Origin: a virus
IMG/VR virus record: IMGVR_UViG_3300028600_000001
Span: 1 to 36,761 of that record
Length of the DNA: 36,761 nucleotides
Direction: 5' to 3' (one strand)
Below the pieces are notes generated by a model, which was not told the origin of the DNA, did not search any database, and saw only the letters and a list, made by a program, of their open reading frames with translations. The position numbers and the translations under genes were made by a program. Below are positions 19,133-25,781 of the stretch, piece by piece (position 1 is the first letter of the stretch; each line of letters opens with the position of its first letter).

Positions 19133-19457
19133 CTCTCCCCCTTTCAATTTGCTCTACTCGCCCCCAAAGATCAGCTACTTCTTTTTTCAACCCTTTAATC
19201 TCATCCAACCTTGCGACCTTTTCTTCCATTTTCTCTACGCGTCGAATGAAGTCCATAATGGTGGGGCACTCTTTAACCTTTCTATCGCGCTCCAGAGCTT
19301 TTTCTTTCTCATTTTTAATAAGTTCTAGCATTTCTTCCGTAAGTTGGTGAACATACCCTAAGTCGTTAGCCGTAAACTTTTTAGTACCTCCTTTCTCCTT
19401 AACATCTGAAAAAATATACAAAAGTTGTTCCAGCTTTTCGTCAGATGTTTCAGTCAT
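19125..19457 (-). CDS. Early paralogue family B, copy 3 (110 aa)
   Basis: MTETSDEKLEQL...KEKGGTKK, then a coiled coil. Paralogous to the two genes upstream. Confidence 0.6.
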   Translation of the reverse strand: MTETSDEKLEQLLYIFSDVKEKGGTKKFTANDLGYVHQLTEEMLELIKNEKEKALERDRKVKECPTIMDFIRRVEKMEEKVARLDEIKGLKKEVADLWGRVEQIERGRDD

Positions 19458-19704
19458 TGTGCTCTCTCTCCAGTTTGTTTAATCGCCGAGCCATATCATC
19501 TATTTCGTCACGAAATATTTTTTGTCTTCGGTGTTCTTGTGTGAGGCTGATCATTTCCTCAACCGTTTCTGAAAGAAACTTCCACTCGGTCCGACTAGCA
19601 TATTCAGTCCCTCCCTCTCGCTTGATTCGGGTAAGAAAAGATAAAATTTGATCCAGTTTATCCTCAGCTGCTATATCCCATTCCGATTTGTTTTCCATTG
19701 TCAT
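19450..19704 (-). CDS. Early paralogue family B, copy 2 (84 aa counted from MTMENK)
   Basis: The ATG at 19704 forms an ATGA overlap with the upstream stop. AEDKLDQILSFLTRIKREGGTEY matches the family. The longer tracked ORF start overlaps the previous gene by 106 nt. Confidence 0.55.
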   Translation of the reverse strand: MTMENKSEWDIAAEDKLDQILSFLTRIKREGGTEYASRTEWKFLSETVEEMISLTQEHRRQKIFRDEIDDMARRLNKLEREHND

Positions 19705-20009
19705 AAAGGCTCCGGCGTACAGGAACAGCCATTTGGTGTAAATGCTGAGCAAAGTGAAGCTGAGCAAAGTGAAAGAACTTGCTCCAGCTTGTCTAATCGT
19801 AGACAAATCCCATCCACACTGGACTGCAAATCAGCACCATCTACAGAAACATACGCCATTCTCTCATTTTTAGTCAGCTCGACAATTTCCCCCATAAGTT
19901 TGTAAATATACTTCCAGTCTTTAGAATGGGCCTTTTTAGCGCCCCCGGAAGCCTTAATATATTCAATAAAAGATGAAAGTCTTTCCAATTTATCGTCAGA
20001 TGTTTCCAT
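19701..20009 (-). CDS. Early paralogue family B, copy 1 (102 aa) with a Cys-rich tail containing a 5-aa duplication
   Basis: The tracked start at 20012 is GTG; the ATG at 20009 gives METSDDKLERL...KASGGAKK. Contains the 2 x 15-bp tandem repeat at 19744-19773. Confidence 0.55.
   Translation of the reverse strand: METSDDKLERLSSFIEYIKASGGAKKAHSKDWKYIYKLMGEIVELTKNERMAYVSVDGADLQSSVDGICLRLDKLEQVLSLCSASLCSAFTPNGCSCTPEPL
19744..19773. repeat. Perfect 2 x 15-bp tandem duplication GCTGAGCAAAGTGAA
   Basis: Read directly. It is in frame and encodes SLCSA-SLCSA in gene 19701..20009. Confidence 0.95.
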
Positions 20010-20161
20010 CACTCGTCCTCCTCATCAAGTTCCCAAGGATTATCGCAGAAGTCTGGGCGCTCAGGAGTGGGCATAAGAGGCCATTCCACGTAAGGAGGGA
20101 TTTCTAAGTCGGTTTCCCAAGGTAAGTCGGGGGATATGCTGAAAGATTCTGATTTGATCAT
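20009..20161 (-). CDS. Small acidic Pro/Trp-rich protein, 50 aa (not in the ORF track)
   Basis: Hand translation: MIKSESFSISPDLPWETDLEIPPYVEWPLMPTPERPDFCDNPWELDEEDE. CAGGAGCAACAC lies before the ATG. TGATG overlap with the next gene. First gene after the promoter at 20204-20232. Confidence 0.45.
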   Translation of the reverse strand: MIKSESFSISPDLPWETDLEIPPYVEWPLMPTPERPDFCDNPWELDEEDE

Positions 20162-20203
20162 GTGTTGCTCCTGTTTTTGAGTTAAACAATCCTAACTATC
20201 CTT

Positions 20204-20232
20204 ACTTTACTTTATATTTAAAGTAATGTCAC
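20204..20232 (-). promoter_or_regulatory. Promoter carrying the GTAAAGTAAAG motif
   Basis: Minus strand reads GTGACA (20232-20227), 17-nt spacer, TAAAGT (20209-20204), within ATAAAGTAAAGTAAGG. Confidence 0.45.
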
Positions 20233-20540
20233 TACCTTTTTGGGTGTAAAAAGAGATCAGGCGGGAATCTGGCGGGTTCTCCTTCACCTAAAATAACTCC
20301 CTTATTAATCACTTTTTCACACAAAAGCTCAAAGATACTTTGTCCCCCATCGAGCTTTAGGTGTGCTATTCCTGGCTTAAGAACTGCTCTATGTTGTTTC
20401 CATTCTGTGGTGGTGATCCACAGGTCCATAAGTCTTTTTGTTCCTTCCTGCTCCACCATCTCTAGTTCGATGTCGTTGAGTCCAAAGACTGATTTTATGG
20501 AGTTACGAACGGCTTGTTTTAGAGAGATGATCTCAGTCAC
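20232..20540 (-). CDS. Hypothetical early protein, 102 aa
   Basis: ORF in a tightly coupled operon (4-nt overlap with the upstream gene). Confidence 0.55.
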   Translation of the reverse strand: MTEIISLKQAVRNSIKSVFGLNDIELEMVEQEGTKRLMDLWITTTEWKQHRAVLKPGIAHLKLDGGQSIFELLCEKVINKGVILGEGEPARFPPDLFLHPKR

Positions 20541-20854
20541 ATTAGCCCCACTTTTAGTTTGCTGAATGTATTTTCGTATCTTCTTTTAGGTTTTGAGGTA
20601 TTGATATGTCCCTCTCGCTTATATGCTTCATTGCATTCTTTTAGCACGCTTAGGTATTCTTCATAGGTCTTGTAATAATAGTCGCGTATCTCCTCTCCGA
20701 CGCGCTCTGCGAGCTCATATATTTTCAGGAAAAACTCTTCTTCCACGAGTTCTTCGTGAAATAGTCTTCCGGTGAAGTGGTCATAAGCGGAGATAATCTC
20801 CTCCATACTATCTTCGACCTTTTGTATTTCCTGGAACACGTTTGAAATATCCAT
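20537..20854 (-). CDS. Hypothetical acidic helical early protein, 105 aa
   Basis: ORF with tight packing. Confidence 0.55.
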   Translation of the reverse strand: MDISNVFQEIQKVEDSMEEIISAYDHFTGRLFHEELVEEEFFLKIYELAERVGEEIRDYYYKTYEEYLSVLKECNEAYKREGHINTSKPKRRYENTFSKLKVGLM

Positions 20855-20855
20855 T

Positions 20856-21074
20856 TTATTTCTCCACCTTAAGTAGTTTTTTCAAGCTATCGGACTTGTG
20901 TTTGAACTCATCCATGAGCGCTTCTTTTTTAAGGGAGTCTTCTTCTCTTTCTGCGAGTCGATAAACATCTGTAGCTTCTTTCCAGTACTGTTCAATTGAG
21001 AGAGGTTTTTGATTTCTTAGGTATTTTACTGAGTGGAACTGATATGATTCAAAATCCGTTTTTTGAGTTCTCAT
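20856..21074 (-). CDS. Hypothetical early protein, 72 aa
   Basis: ORF with tight packing. Confidence 0.5.
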   Translation of the reverse strand: MRTQKTDFESYQFHSVKYLRNQKPLSIEQYWKEATDVYRLAEREEDSLKKEALMDEFKHKSDSLKKLLKVEK

Positions 21075-21104
21075 GACATTCTCCTTGTGGTTTAGGGAAA
21101 CTTA

Positions 21105-21485
21105 TTAAAGTTTTTTAGTTCTCCAACTGTTTATAAAATTACGAATAGCTTTTTTTAATTTTCTTTGATTTATAGGATTAACCCTAACCCAGAATGAAGC
21201 TATCATTTTCTCCATTAGAGAGGTTATGAAGGCATACGTTTCTTCGGAATACTCCTCTAAATACAAGCTATTATTTTTCATAACCTTAAAAAATGAGAAC
21301 TTAAGATTTTCAAGCCTGTAGAAGTTCGCATCAAGATGAAGTAAACGATTTTTACTACCTGGGACTACGCAGGGGGATAGTGGATCGGTTAAGTCCATGT
21401 CTTGATCGGCTATTTGCCATGCCACAAATACGCTACACTCCTCCTCGATTACGGTGGGAATGAATTCCTCATTATTTGAACCCAT
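21105..21485 (-). CDS. Early paralogue family C member (126 aa)
   Basis: C-terminal MIASFWVRVNPINQRKLKKAIRNFI aligns with MINSKWSRFNPMSHKRLRGL (22005..22385) and MINSRWSRLNPRNHKILQNL (22382..22837). Confidence 0.6.
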   Translation of the reverse strand: MGSNNEEFIPTVIEEECSVFVAWQIADQDMDLTDPLSPCVVPGSKNRLLHLDANFYRLENLKFSFFKVMKNNSLYLEEYSEETYAFITSLMEKMIASFWVRVNPINQRKLKKAIRNFINSWRTKKL

Positions 21486-21503
21486 AGGGCCTCTCCTTAT
21501 TAA

Positions 21504-21704
21504 TTATTTAAAGATGCTTTTAATTTTATTCCATACTCTGGTGCAATTTTTTTTAGAAACGTAGAACATTTTCTTAGGTATATAGACGAAGAACATTAGT
21601 GGGTTGTGGTTAACTTCAAGAGAGGTCCAGGTTTCCTTTTCGCCCTCAATTTCGTGGTTAAATAATTCCTCGATTTCCTCTTTTATTGGTTTAGGGGAAC
21701 TCAT
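21504..21704 (-). CDS. Hypothetical early protein, 66 aa, sharing the MSSPKPIK N-terminus with 22005..22385
   Basis: The 26-nt 5' end is identical to 22360-22385. Confidence 0.5.
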   Translation of the reverse strand: MSSPKPIKEEIEELFNHEIEGEKETWTSLEVNHNPLMFFVYIPKKMFYVSKKNCTRVWNKIKSIFK

Positions 21705-22005
21705 AGTTTTTCATCTCCTTTTCCCATCCTGTTTCTCCTTCTAATAGATTTTTGAGAGCTTCTTTCAATCTCCTACGATTTTTTATTTTCCATCTATACA
21801 AAGTAGAATCTCTCATTTTTTTCAGTATTAATAAAACTGATTTAACCGCCATCAGACAGCTGGGGCTCGGGATATATAGTGCCGCACAGATCTTAATAAG
21901 CCTCTTCACATCATCTTTTCCATACCATTTTTTAAACGTTGCCCAGTAGTGAAGGTGATATAAGTAATGTTTCTTAGTCCATTCAATAGACCCCCAATAT
22001 TCCAT
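21691..22005 (-). CDS. Hypothetical early protein, 104 aa, possibly a distant family C member
   Basis: ORF. YRWKIKNRRRLKEALKNLL weakly resembles the family C motif. Confidence 0.5.
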   Translation of the reverse strand: MEYWGSIEWTKKHYLYHLHYWATFKKWYGKDDVKRLIKICAALYIPSPSCLMAVKSVLLILKKMRDSTLYRWKIKNRRRLKEALKNLLEGETGWEKEMKNYEFP

Positions 22006-22385
22006 TATAGTTTTTTCTCCCCCATGAACTCCTGAATTTGCATTAGAAGCTCATTAGTTAACCCTCTTAATCTTTTATGACTCATGGGATTGAAGCGACT
22101 CCATTTGGAATTGATCATTTCATTAATCTGAAAAGTCACCTCCGGGAGAGAACAAAGGAAGCTCTCGTGTCCCGTATGGTGCCCAATAAATTTACACATT
22201 GCGTCTGCCAATAGTCTAAGGTCTTTAAGTAAATTTTTTAGAGGTTTTATTCTATAAAGTTCTCCCACCCATAGGTCACCAAGCACATCTCGCATACAAT
22301 CCAGAACTCGACCTCTTGCCATCAATAAAGTGTGATTTATTTCAGTGCGGTCCGATCCATCTTTTATTGGTTTAGGGGAACTCAT
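22005..22385 (-). CDS. Early paralogue family C member (126 aa)
   Basis: YRIKPLKNLLKDLRLLADAMCKFI and MINSKWSRFNPMSHKRL motifs are shared with 22382..22837. Confidence 0.6.
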   Translation of the reverse strand: MSSPKPIKDGSDRTEINHTLLMARGRVLDCMRDVLGDLWVGELYRIKPLKNLLKDLRLLADAMCKFIGHHTGHESFLCSLPEVTFQINEMINSKWSRFNPMSHKRLRGLTNELLMQIQEFMGEKKL

Positions 22386-22837
22386 TTGCTTTTCCTGGCA
22401 GCTTGTTCAAATGAAACTGTTTCACCTAGGTAGCCATACCGTGAGGGATCATAATCTTTGAATGCGAGTCCCAGGCCTTCAGTAATTTCATGTAAATTTT
22501 TATTTACAAGATTTTGTAATATTTTATGATTCCGAGGATTAAGCCGGCTCCATCTAGAATTTATCATTTTATTAAGATGCAAACTCACCTCTCCAATAGA
22601 GCCACCACTGAAGGTTTGTCGTCCCATAAATGTCATATACCTACACATCTCCTCCATCAATAATCGAATCTCTTTAAGTAAATTTTGGAGATGGTTTACT
22701 CTATAAAATCTTCCCCTGTTTAGGGTGTGATACACGCGAGATTTTTCCCTCAATACATTCCCTTTCAATAAAGAAGATTTATCTTCTATTAACAAGATCT
22801 CCAGCTTATCCCCCTTTTCTAATTCAGTTAGAATCAT
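22382..22837 (-). CDS. Early paralogue family C member (151 aa)
   Basis: YRVNHLQNLLKEIRLLMEEMCRYM and MINSRWSRLNPRNHKIL motifs. Confidence 0.6.
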   Translation of the reverse strand: MILTELEKGDKLEILLIEDKSSLLKGNVLREKSRVYHTLNRGRFYRVNHLQNLLKEIRLLMEEMCRYMTFMGRQTFSGGSIGEVSLHLNKMINSRWSRLNPRNHKILQNLVNKNLHEITEGLGLAFKDYDPSRYGYLGETVSFEQAARKSK

Positions 22838-23070
22838 AAATTATCCCCAACTTTCCTATCCTTAAGAAACCGTTTAAGCATGGCTTGTTTTTCGTCAACT
22901 TCTTCTGCGGCCATAGTGAGCACATCTTGCAGCATTTCCAATCTATCTTCTATTCTCATAAGGTCTTCGTTTGGCATGTATCTTTCATAGCTCTGGAAGA
23001 TCGTAGAGACGGAGTGTAGGAATGCTTCTTTATCAAATTTTAGTTCTTTTTTAAGTTGGTTTTTATCCAT
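22834..23070 (-). CDS. Hypothetical helical early protein, 78 aa
   Basis: ORF with a 4-nt overlap to the downstream gene. Confidence 0.5.
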   Translation of the reverse strand: MDKNQLKKELKFDKEAFLHSVSTIFQSYERYMPNEDLMRIEDRLEMLQDVLTMAAEEVDEKQAMLKRFLKDRKVGDNL

Positions 23071-23080
23071 GGTATTTCTC

Positions 23081-23200
23081 CTAACGAGAGGTGATTACAT
23101 ACGTGATTAAAAAAGATAAGAGGGTAATCCATCCCCATCCCATCGTTATTACTTCTTGATGTTTAAGTACGGCTAAAATTCCTAGTATTGCTAATACCAT
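23081..23200 (-). CDS. Small membrane protein, 39 aa (not in the ORF track)
   Basis: Hand translation: MVLAILGILAVLKHQEVITMGWGWITLLSFLITYVITSR. AGGAGCAAAA lies before the ATG. Confidence 0.4.
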   Translation of the reverse strand: MVLAILGILAVLKHQEVITMGWGWITLLSFLITYVITSR

Positions 23201-23215
23201 TTTTGCTCCTATTAT

Positions 23216-23404
23216 TTATTGATTTTCTTTAAACAAAAGTATTTTAGTTAAGACGAAATAGAAAAGGTAGGGTAGTAAAAAGGCTATAATAACTGCCAGG
23301 GCGGGCATCCAAAACCAGGCTATGCTTATCCCTCCCAGGACTTTAATGAGAGAGAGTACTGCTCCTACTAATAAAATAATTATCAGGTCATTTGAGTGAG
23401 TCAT
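23216..23404 (-). CDS. Small two-TM membrane protein, 62 aa
   Basis: Hydrophobic segments LIIILLVGAVLSLI and WFWMPALAVIIAFLLPYLFYFVL. GGAG lies upstream. Confidence 0.55.
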   Translation of the reverse strand: MTHSNDLIIILLVGAVLSLIKVLGGISIAWFWMPALAVIIAFLLPYLFYFVLTKILLFKENQ

Positions 23405-23420
23405 TCCTTTGATCTCCGGT

Positions 23421-23807
23421 TTATGTTGGTGGTAGAAGTTTTTTAATTTGGTCTGGCACCTCTAGTTTTGTTTCTTCTTCGTTGTCTGTAGTTACTCCTT
23501 GTGGCTTCGCGTTCTTCGGACCTATCATATTGAAGACAAACTGTTCTGTATCTACGGTACTAAGCGTAACGGCTTTGAGTGACGGGAACATTCTTGAGAA
23601 TATAATTTCGGCCGCTTTAAATCTAATACCTATTGGTACAATTTCGTTGCCAAAATTATTGGTTGCAAATTTGATTAATTCTTCTGCGGGATCGTATCCA
23701 GTTCTTGTGAGTTCCTCTCCAAGATTTTTTACATCCACGAGTTTTTCGTCGGGGAAGTCTTTATCTATTCTCTTGTAAAGAGTCATCCCATTGACTTTGG
23801 TCATCAT
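23421..23807 (-). CDS. First gene of the leftward early operon, hypothetical (128 aa counted from MMTKVNG)
   Basis: The tracked start at 23843 is a GTG inside the promoter -10/spacer region. The ATG at 23807 lies downstream of the predicted transcription start. Confidence 0.55.
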   Translation of the reverse strand: MMTKVNGMTLYKRIDKDFPDEKLVDVKNLGEELTRTGYDPAEELIKFATNNFGNEIVPIGIRFKAAEIIFSRMFPSLKAVTLSTVDTEQFVFNMIGPKNAKPQGVTTDNEEETKLEVPDQIKKLLPPT

Positions 23808-23831
23808 TTGCTCTCTGATCGAATAATAGCG

Positions 23832-23860
23832 ATTATCACACACTTTACTTTACTTTACAA
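23832..23860 (-). promoter_or_regulatory. Leftward early promoter with GTAAAGTAAAGTAAAG in its spacer
   Basis: Minus strand reads TTGTAA (23860-23855), 17-nt spacer AGTAAAGTAAAGTGTGT, GATAAT (23837-23832). Confidence 0.55.
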
Positions 23861-23872
23861 ATGGTGATTTAT

Positions 23873-24199
23873 ATGAGAAAACTAACTCACAAATTTGGTG
23901 CTGTTCGTCAAGAAATAGACGGTTTGAAGTTCCCTTCTAAGCTAGAACGCGATTATTACTTACATCTAAAGCTCCTTCAAAAGTTAGGGGAGGTCCTGTT
24001 CTTTTTACAGCAGGTACCTATCCATTTGCCTGGTGGTACCAAATACGTTTGTGACTTTCAAGTTTTTTACAAAAATGGGGAGGTAGCATTTATAGATGTG
24101 AAGGGAGTTGAGACAGATGTCTTTAAGGTAAAGAAGCGATTAGTTGAGGCCACTTATCCTTTTGAGATACAGGTTATTAAGAGGGGGGATTTCAGGTGA
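23873..24199 (+). CDS. DUF1064-like PD-(D/E)XK nuclease (putative Holliday-junction resolvase), 108 aa
   Basis: KFGAVRQEIDGLKFPSKLERDYYLHLKLL...YVCDFQV...FIDVKG matches the remembered DUF1064 pattern (k..vDGi.FdSk.Ea.ry..L......yi.DF.v......ED.KG). GGTGA lies 5 nt before the ATG at 23873. Confidence 0.6.
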   Translation: MRKLTHKFGAVRQEIDGLKFPSKLERDYYLHLKLLQKLGEVLFFLQQVPIHLPGGTKYVCDFQVFYKNGEVAFIDVKGVETDVFKVKKRLVEATYPFEIQVIKRGDFR

Positions 24200-24210
24200 A
24201 GTGTTCCCTA

Positions 24211-24335
24211 ACTTTAATATATATAATTTATGTTTTTCATGGGACAGTTAATGGAGTTGTACAGGACAGTTAACCTGTGGATAACTTTTATGTAGGGAAG
24301 GAATATGGATCACCCTGTGGGTAAGTTGTGGATAA
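24211..24335. promoter_or_regulatory. Candidate replication origin: AT-rich tract, 2 x GGACAGTTAA, and three co-oriented DnaA boxes
   Basis: 24211-24240 is 27/30 A+T. GGACAGTTAA occurs at 24242 and 24264 (22-bp spacing). TGTGGATAA occurs at 24276-24284 and 24327-24335 (perfect reverse complement of TTATCCACA). TGTGGGTAA occurs at 24316-24324 (1 mismatch). The region is adjacent to the RepA-like gene. Confidence 0.55.
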
Positions 24336-24434
24336 GTAGTTATGGAGGACGAAAGAGGGGTGGAAAGAGGGTTTAGTAGTGGTGTTTTGGGGTAAATGAC
24401 GGATTTTGGGCGTAGAAACCCTATGGAGTGGGGT

Positions 24435-25109
24435 TTAGCACCCTAGGTTGAAGGCTTTAAGGAGTGTTGGGATAGGAATGGAGGGGCACATATGTTGGAT
24501 TCGTTTCAGGAGGTTTATTTTTTCTTGGATCACTGCCTGAGAGACTTTGGAGAAAAAGGGTCTTGTGTCTCTGGGCCTCTTCAATACTTTGCCTAGGGCC
24601 ACAAAGGGGGCTCCTACGACAGCTTTGAGGGCTGCGTTGAGTTTCTGTCTAGCGTAGCTGATGTCATTCGTGAGCGTCTTCTCTGGCACTCCCACGTCTT
24701 TGAAGAACTGGGTGGTGAGTTTTCTTTCTGCGTTCAGGCCCCTTATAGCGTTGCTACGCAATAGTTTGGATCTTTGTCGGGATGTTAGGTAGCCAGCTCT
24801 AGTAAGGACCTCTAGGGCTCTTGCTACGCGCCTTAGGGACATTCCAGATTTAGAGGCTATGAAATCAACAGAGAGATTTATGAAGGAGGTTCGATTTTTT
24901 ACCGCACAGAATCGAAGCGACGACAAATCGAAGTGAGATAATATGACATGCAACACTTTCCAGACCGCTTCTCGTCCTTCTAGACGATGGGTTCTTCTAG
25001 TATCGCGACTCCAGGATATATTAGGAAGAAGATGAGGATTCTTCAGATAAGTCTGAATTTTCTCCCTGGCAATCCGTAGCGTCAATGGAGGTTTTTTTTC
25101 GTATTCCAC
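24435..25109 (-). CDS. Replication initiator, winged-helix RepA-like, 224 aa (GTG start uncertain)
   Basis: SGMSLRRVARALEVLTRAGYLTS...KLTTQFFKDVGVPEKTL resembles the wHTH and following segment of plasmid RepA-type initiators (from memory). Adjacent to the DnaA-box region. Confidence 0.45.
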   Translation of the reverse strand: MEYEKKPPLTLRIAREKIQTYLKNPHLLPNISWSRDTRRTHRLEGREAVWKVLHVILSHFDLSSLRFCAVKNRTSFINLSVDFIASKSGMSLRRVARALEVLTRAGYLTSRQRSKLLRSNAIRGLNAERKLTTQFFKDVGVPEKTLTNDISYARQKLNAALKAVVGAPFVALGKVLKRPRDTRPFFSKVSQAVIQEKINLLKRIQHMCPSIPIPTLLKAFNLGC

Positions 25110-25650
25110 CGGGTCCCTTCTCTTTTTGTGAAAAAGTTGGAATATTCTTGGAATTAAGCTCCCCGTGACTTATTTTTTCTAAATTCTTTAAAGCCCAAAG
25201 AGGCACCCCCTCCTTGTCTCGCCAAGTATAAACAGTTTGCCTAGACACATTCAAGGCCAAGGACAACTTGTATAGACTTCCAAAATAATGAACTGCTGGC
25301 GCAAGTGCGCCGTAAAAGACTTTGCTGTCGCTTCTAAGTTCTTCTGGGAATTGTTCCCATCTGATTGCTGTTATTTGTGCTTCTAGGATGAGCTTGTCGC
25401 GCTTGCTCATGTTGATGATAGAGATTCTGCGACCGAAAGGAATGGGTCCCATTTGAATGTAAATAGCTCCGATTAGCCGATAGAAATGCTCTAAGCTAGG
25501 GACGGCATTTGAAAAATCTAGGGTGACATGCTTATAGATTCGTATCTTTTCTAGTATTTTTTCTTTGGCGCGTTGATAGCCGCTGGTCCCTCGAATTGAA
25601 TTAAGGAACAACCGCATTTCAATTTTTACGCCGAATGTTATGCCTGCCAT
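25021..25650 (-). CDS. HTH DNA-binding protein (Cro/YdaS-like C-terminal HTH), 209 aa
   Basis: SLYKLSLALNVSRQTVYTWRDKEGVP is a classic HTH. AGAGGTGA lies before the ATG. Driven by the consensus promoter at 25671-25699. Confidence 0.6.
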   Translation of the reverse strand: MAGITFGVKIEMRLFLNSIRGTSGYQRAKEKILEKIRIYKHVTLDFSNAVPSLEHFYRLIGAIYIQMGPIPFGRRISIINMSKRDKLILEAQITAIRWEQFPEELRSDSKVFYGALAPAVHYFGSLYKLSLALNVSRQTVYTWRDKEGVPLWALKNLEKISHGELNSKNIPTFSQKEKGPGGIRKKTSIDATDCQGENSDLSEESSSSS

Positions 25651-25670
25651 ACTTCTTCACCTCTTTATTT

Positions 25671-25699
25671 ACTATACCTGTCTATTTGCAAAATGTCAA
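25671..25699 (-). promoter_or_regulatory. Consensus sigma70 promoter for the replication genes
   Basis: Minus strand reads TTGACA (25699-25694), 17-nt spacer, TATAGT (25676-25671). Confidence 0.7.
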
Positions 25700-25726
25700 T
25701 CTGGACAGTAAAGGTGAACATAGTAA

Positions 25727-25755
25727 CTTTGCTCCGGGCCCCTATGTGATACAAT
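25727..25755 (+). promoter_or_regulatory. Rightward promoter with an extended -10
   Basis: TGaTACAAT at 25747-25755 (extended -10) with a weak -35 (cTTTGC). AGGAG lies 10 nt before the ATG at 25782. Confidence 0.45.
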
Positions 25756-25781
25756 GACCGCTTCTTAGGAGCACGTAAAAA

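Noticed and set aside
23421-23807. Possible small terminase subunit (IRFKAAEIIFSRMFPSLKA resembles the helix seen in some TerS proteins).
   Set aside because: The similarity is a single short helix. The gene is the first of the early operon, 5.7 kb from terL. Left as hypothetical.
24340-24434. Possible tRNA or other classical RNA gene in the G-rich non-coding stretch.
   Set aside because: No acceptor or T-arm pairing and no GTTCRANYC-type T-loop could be drawn by eye. Kept only as a speculative regulatory RNA.
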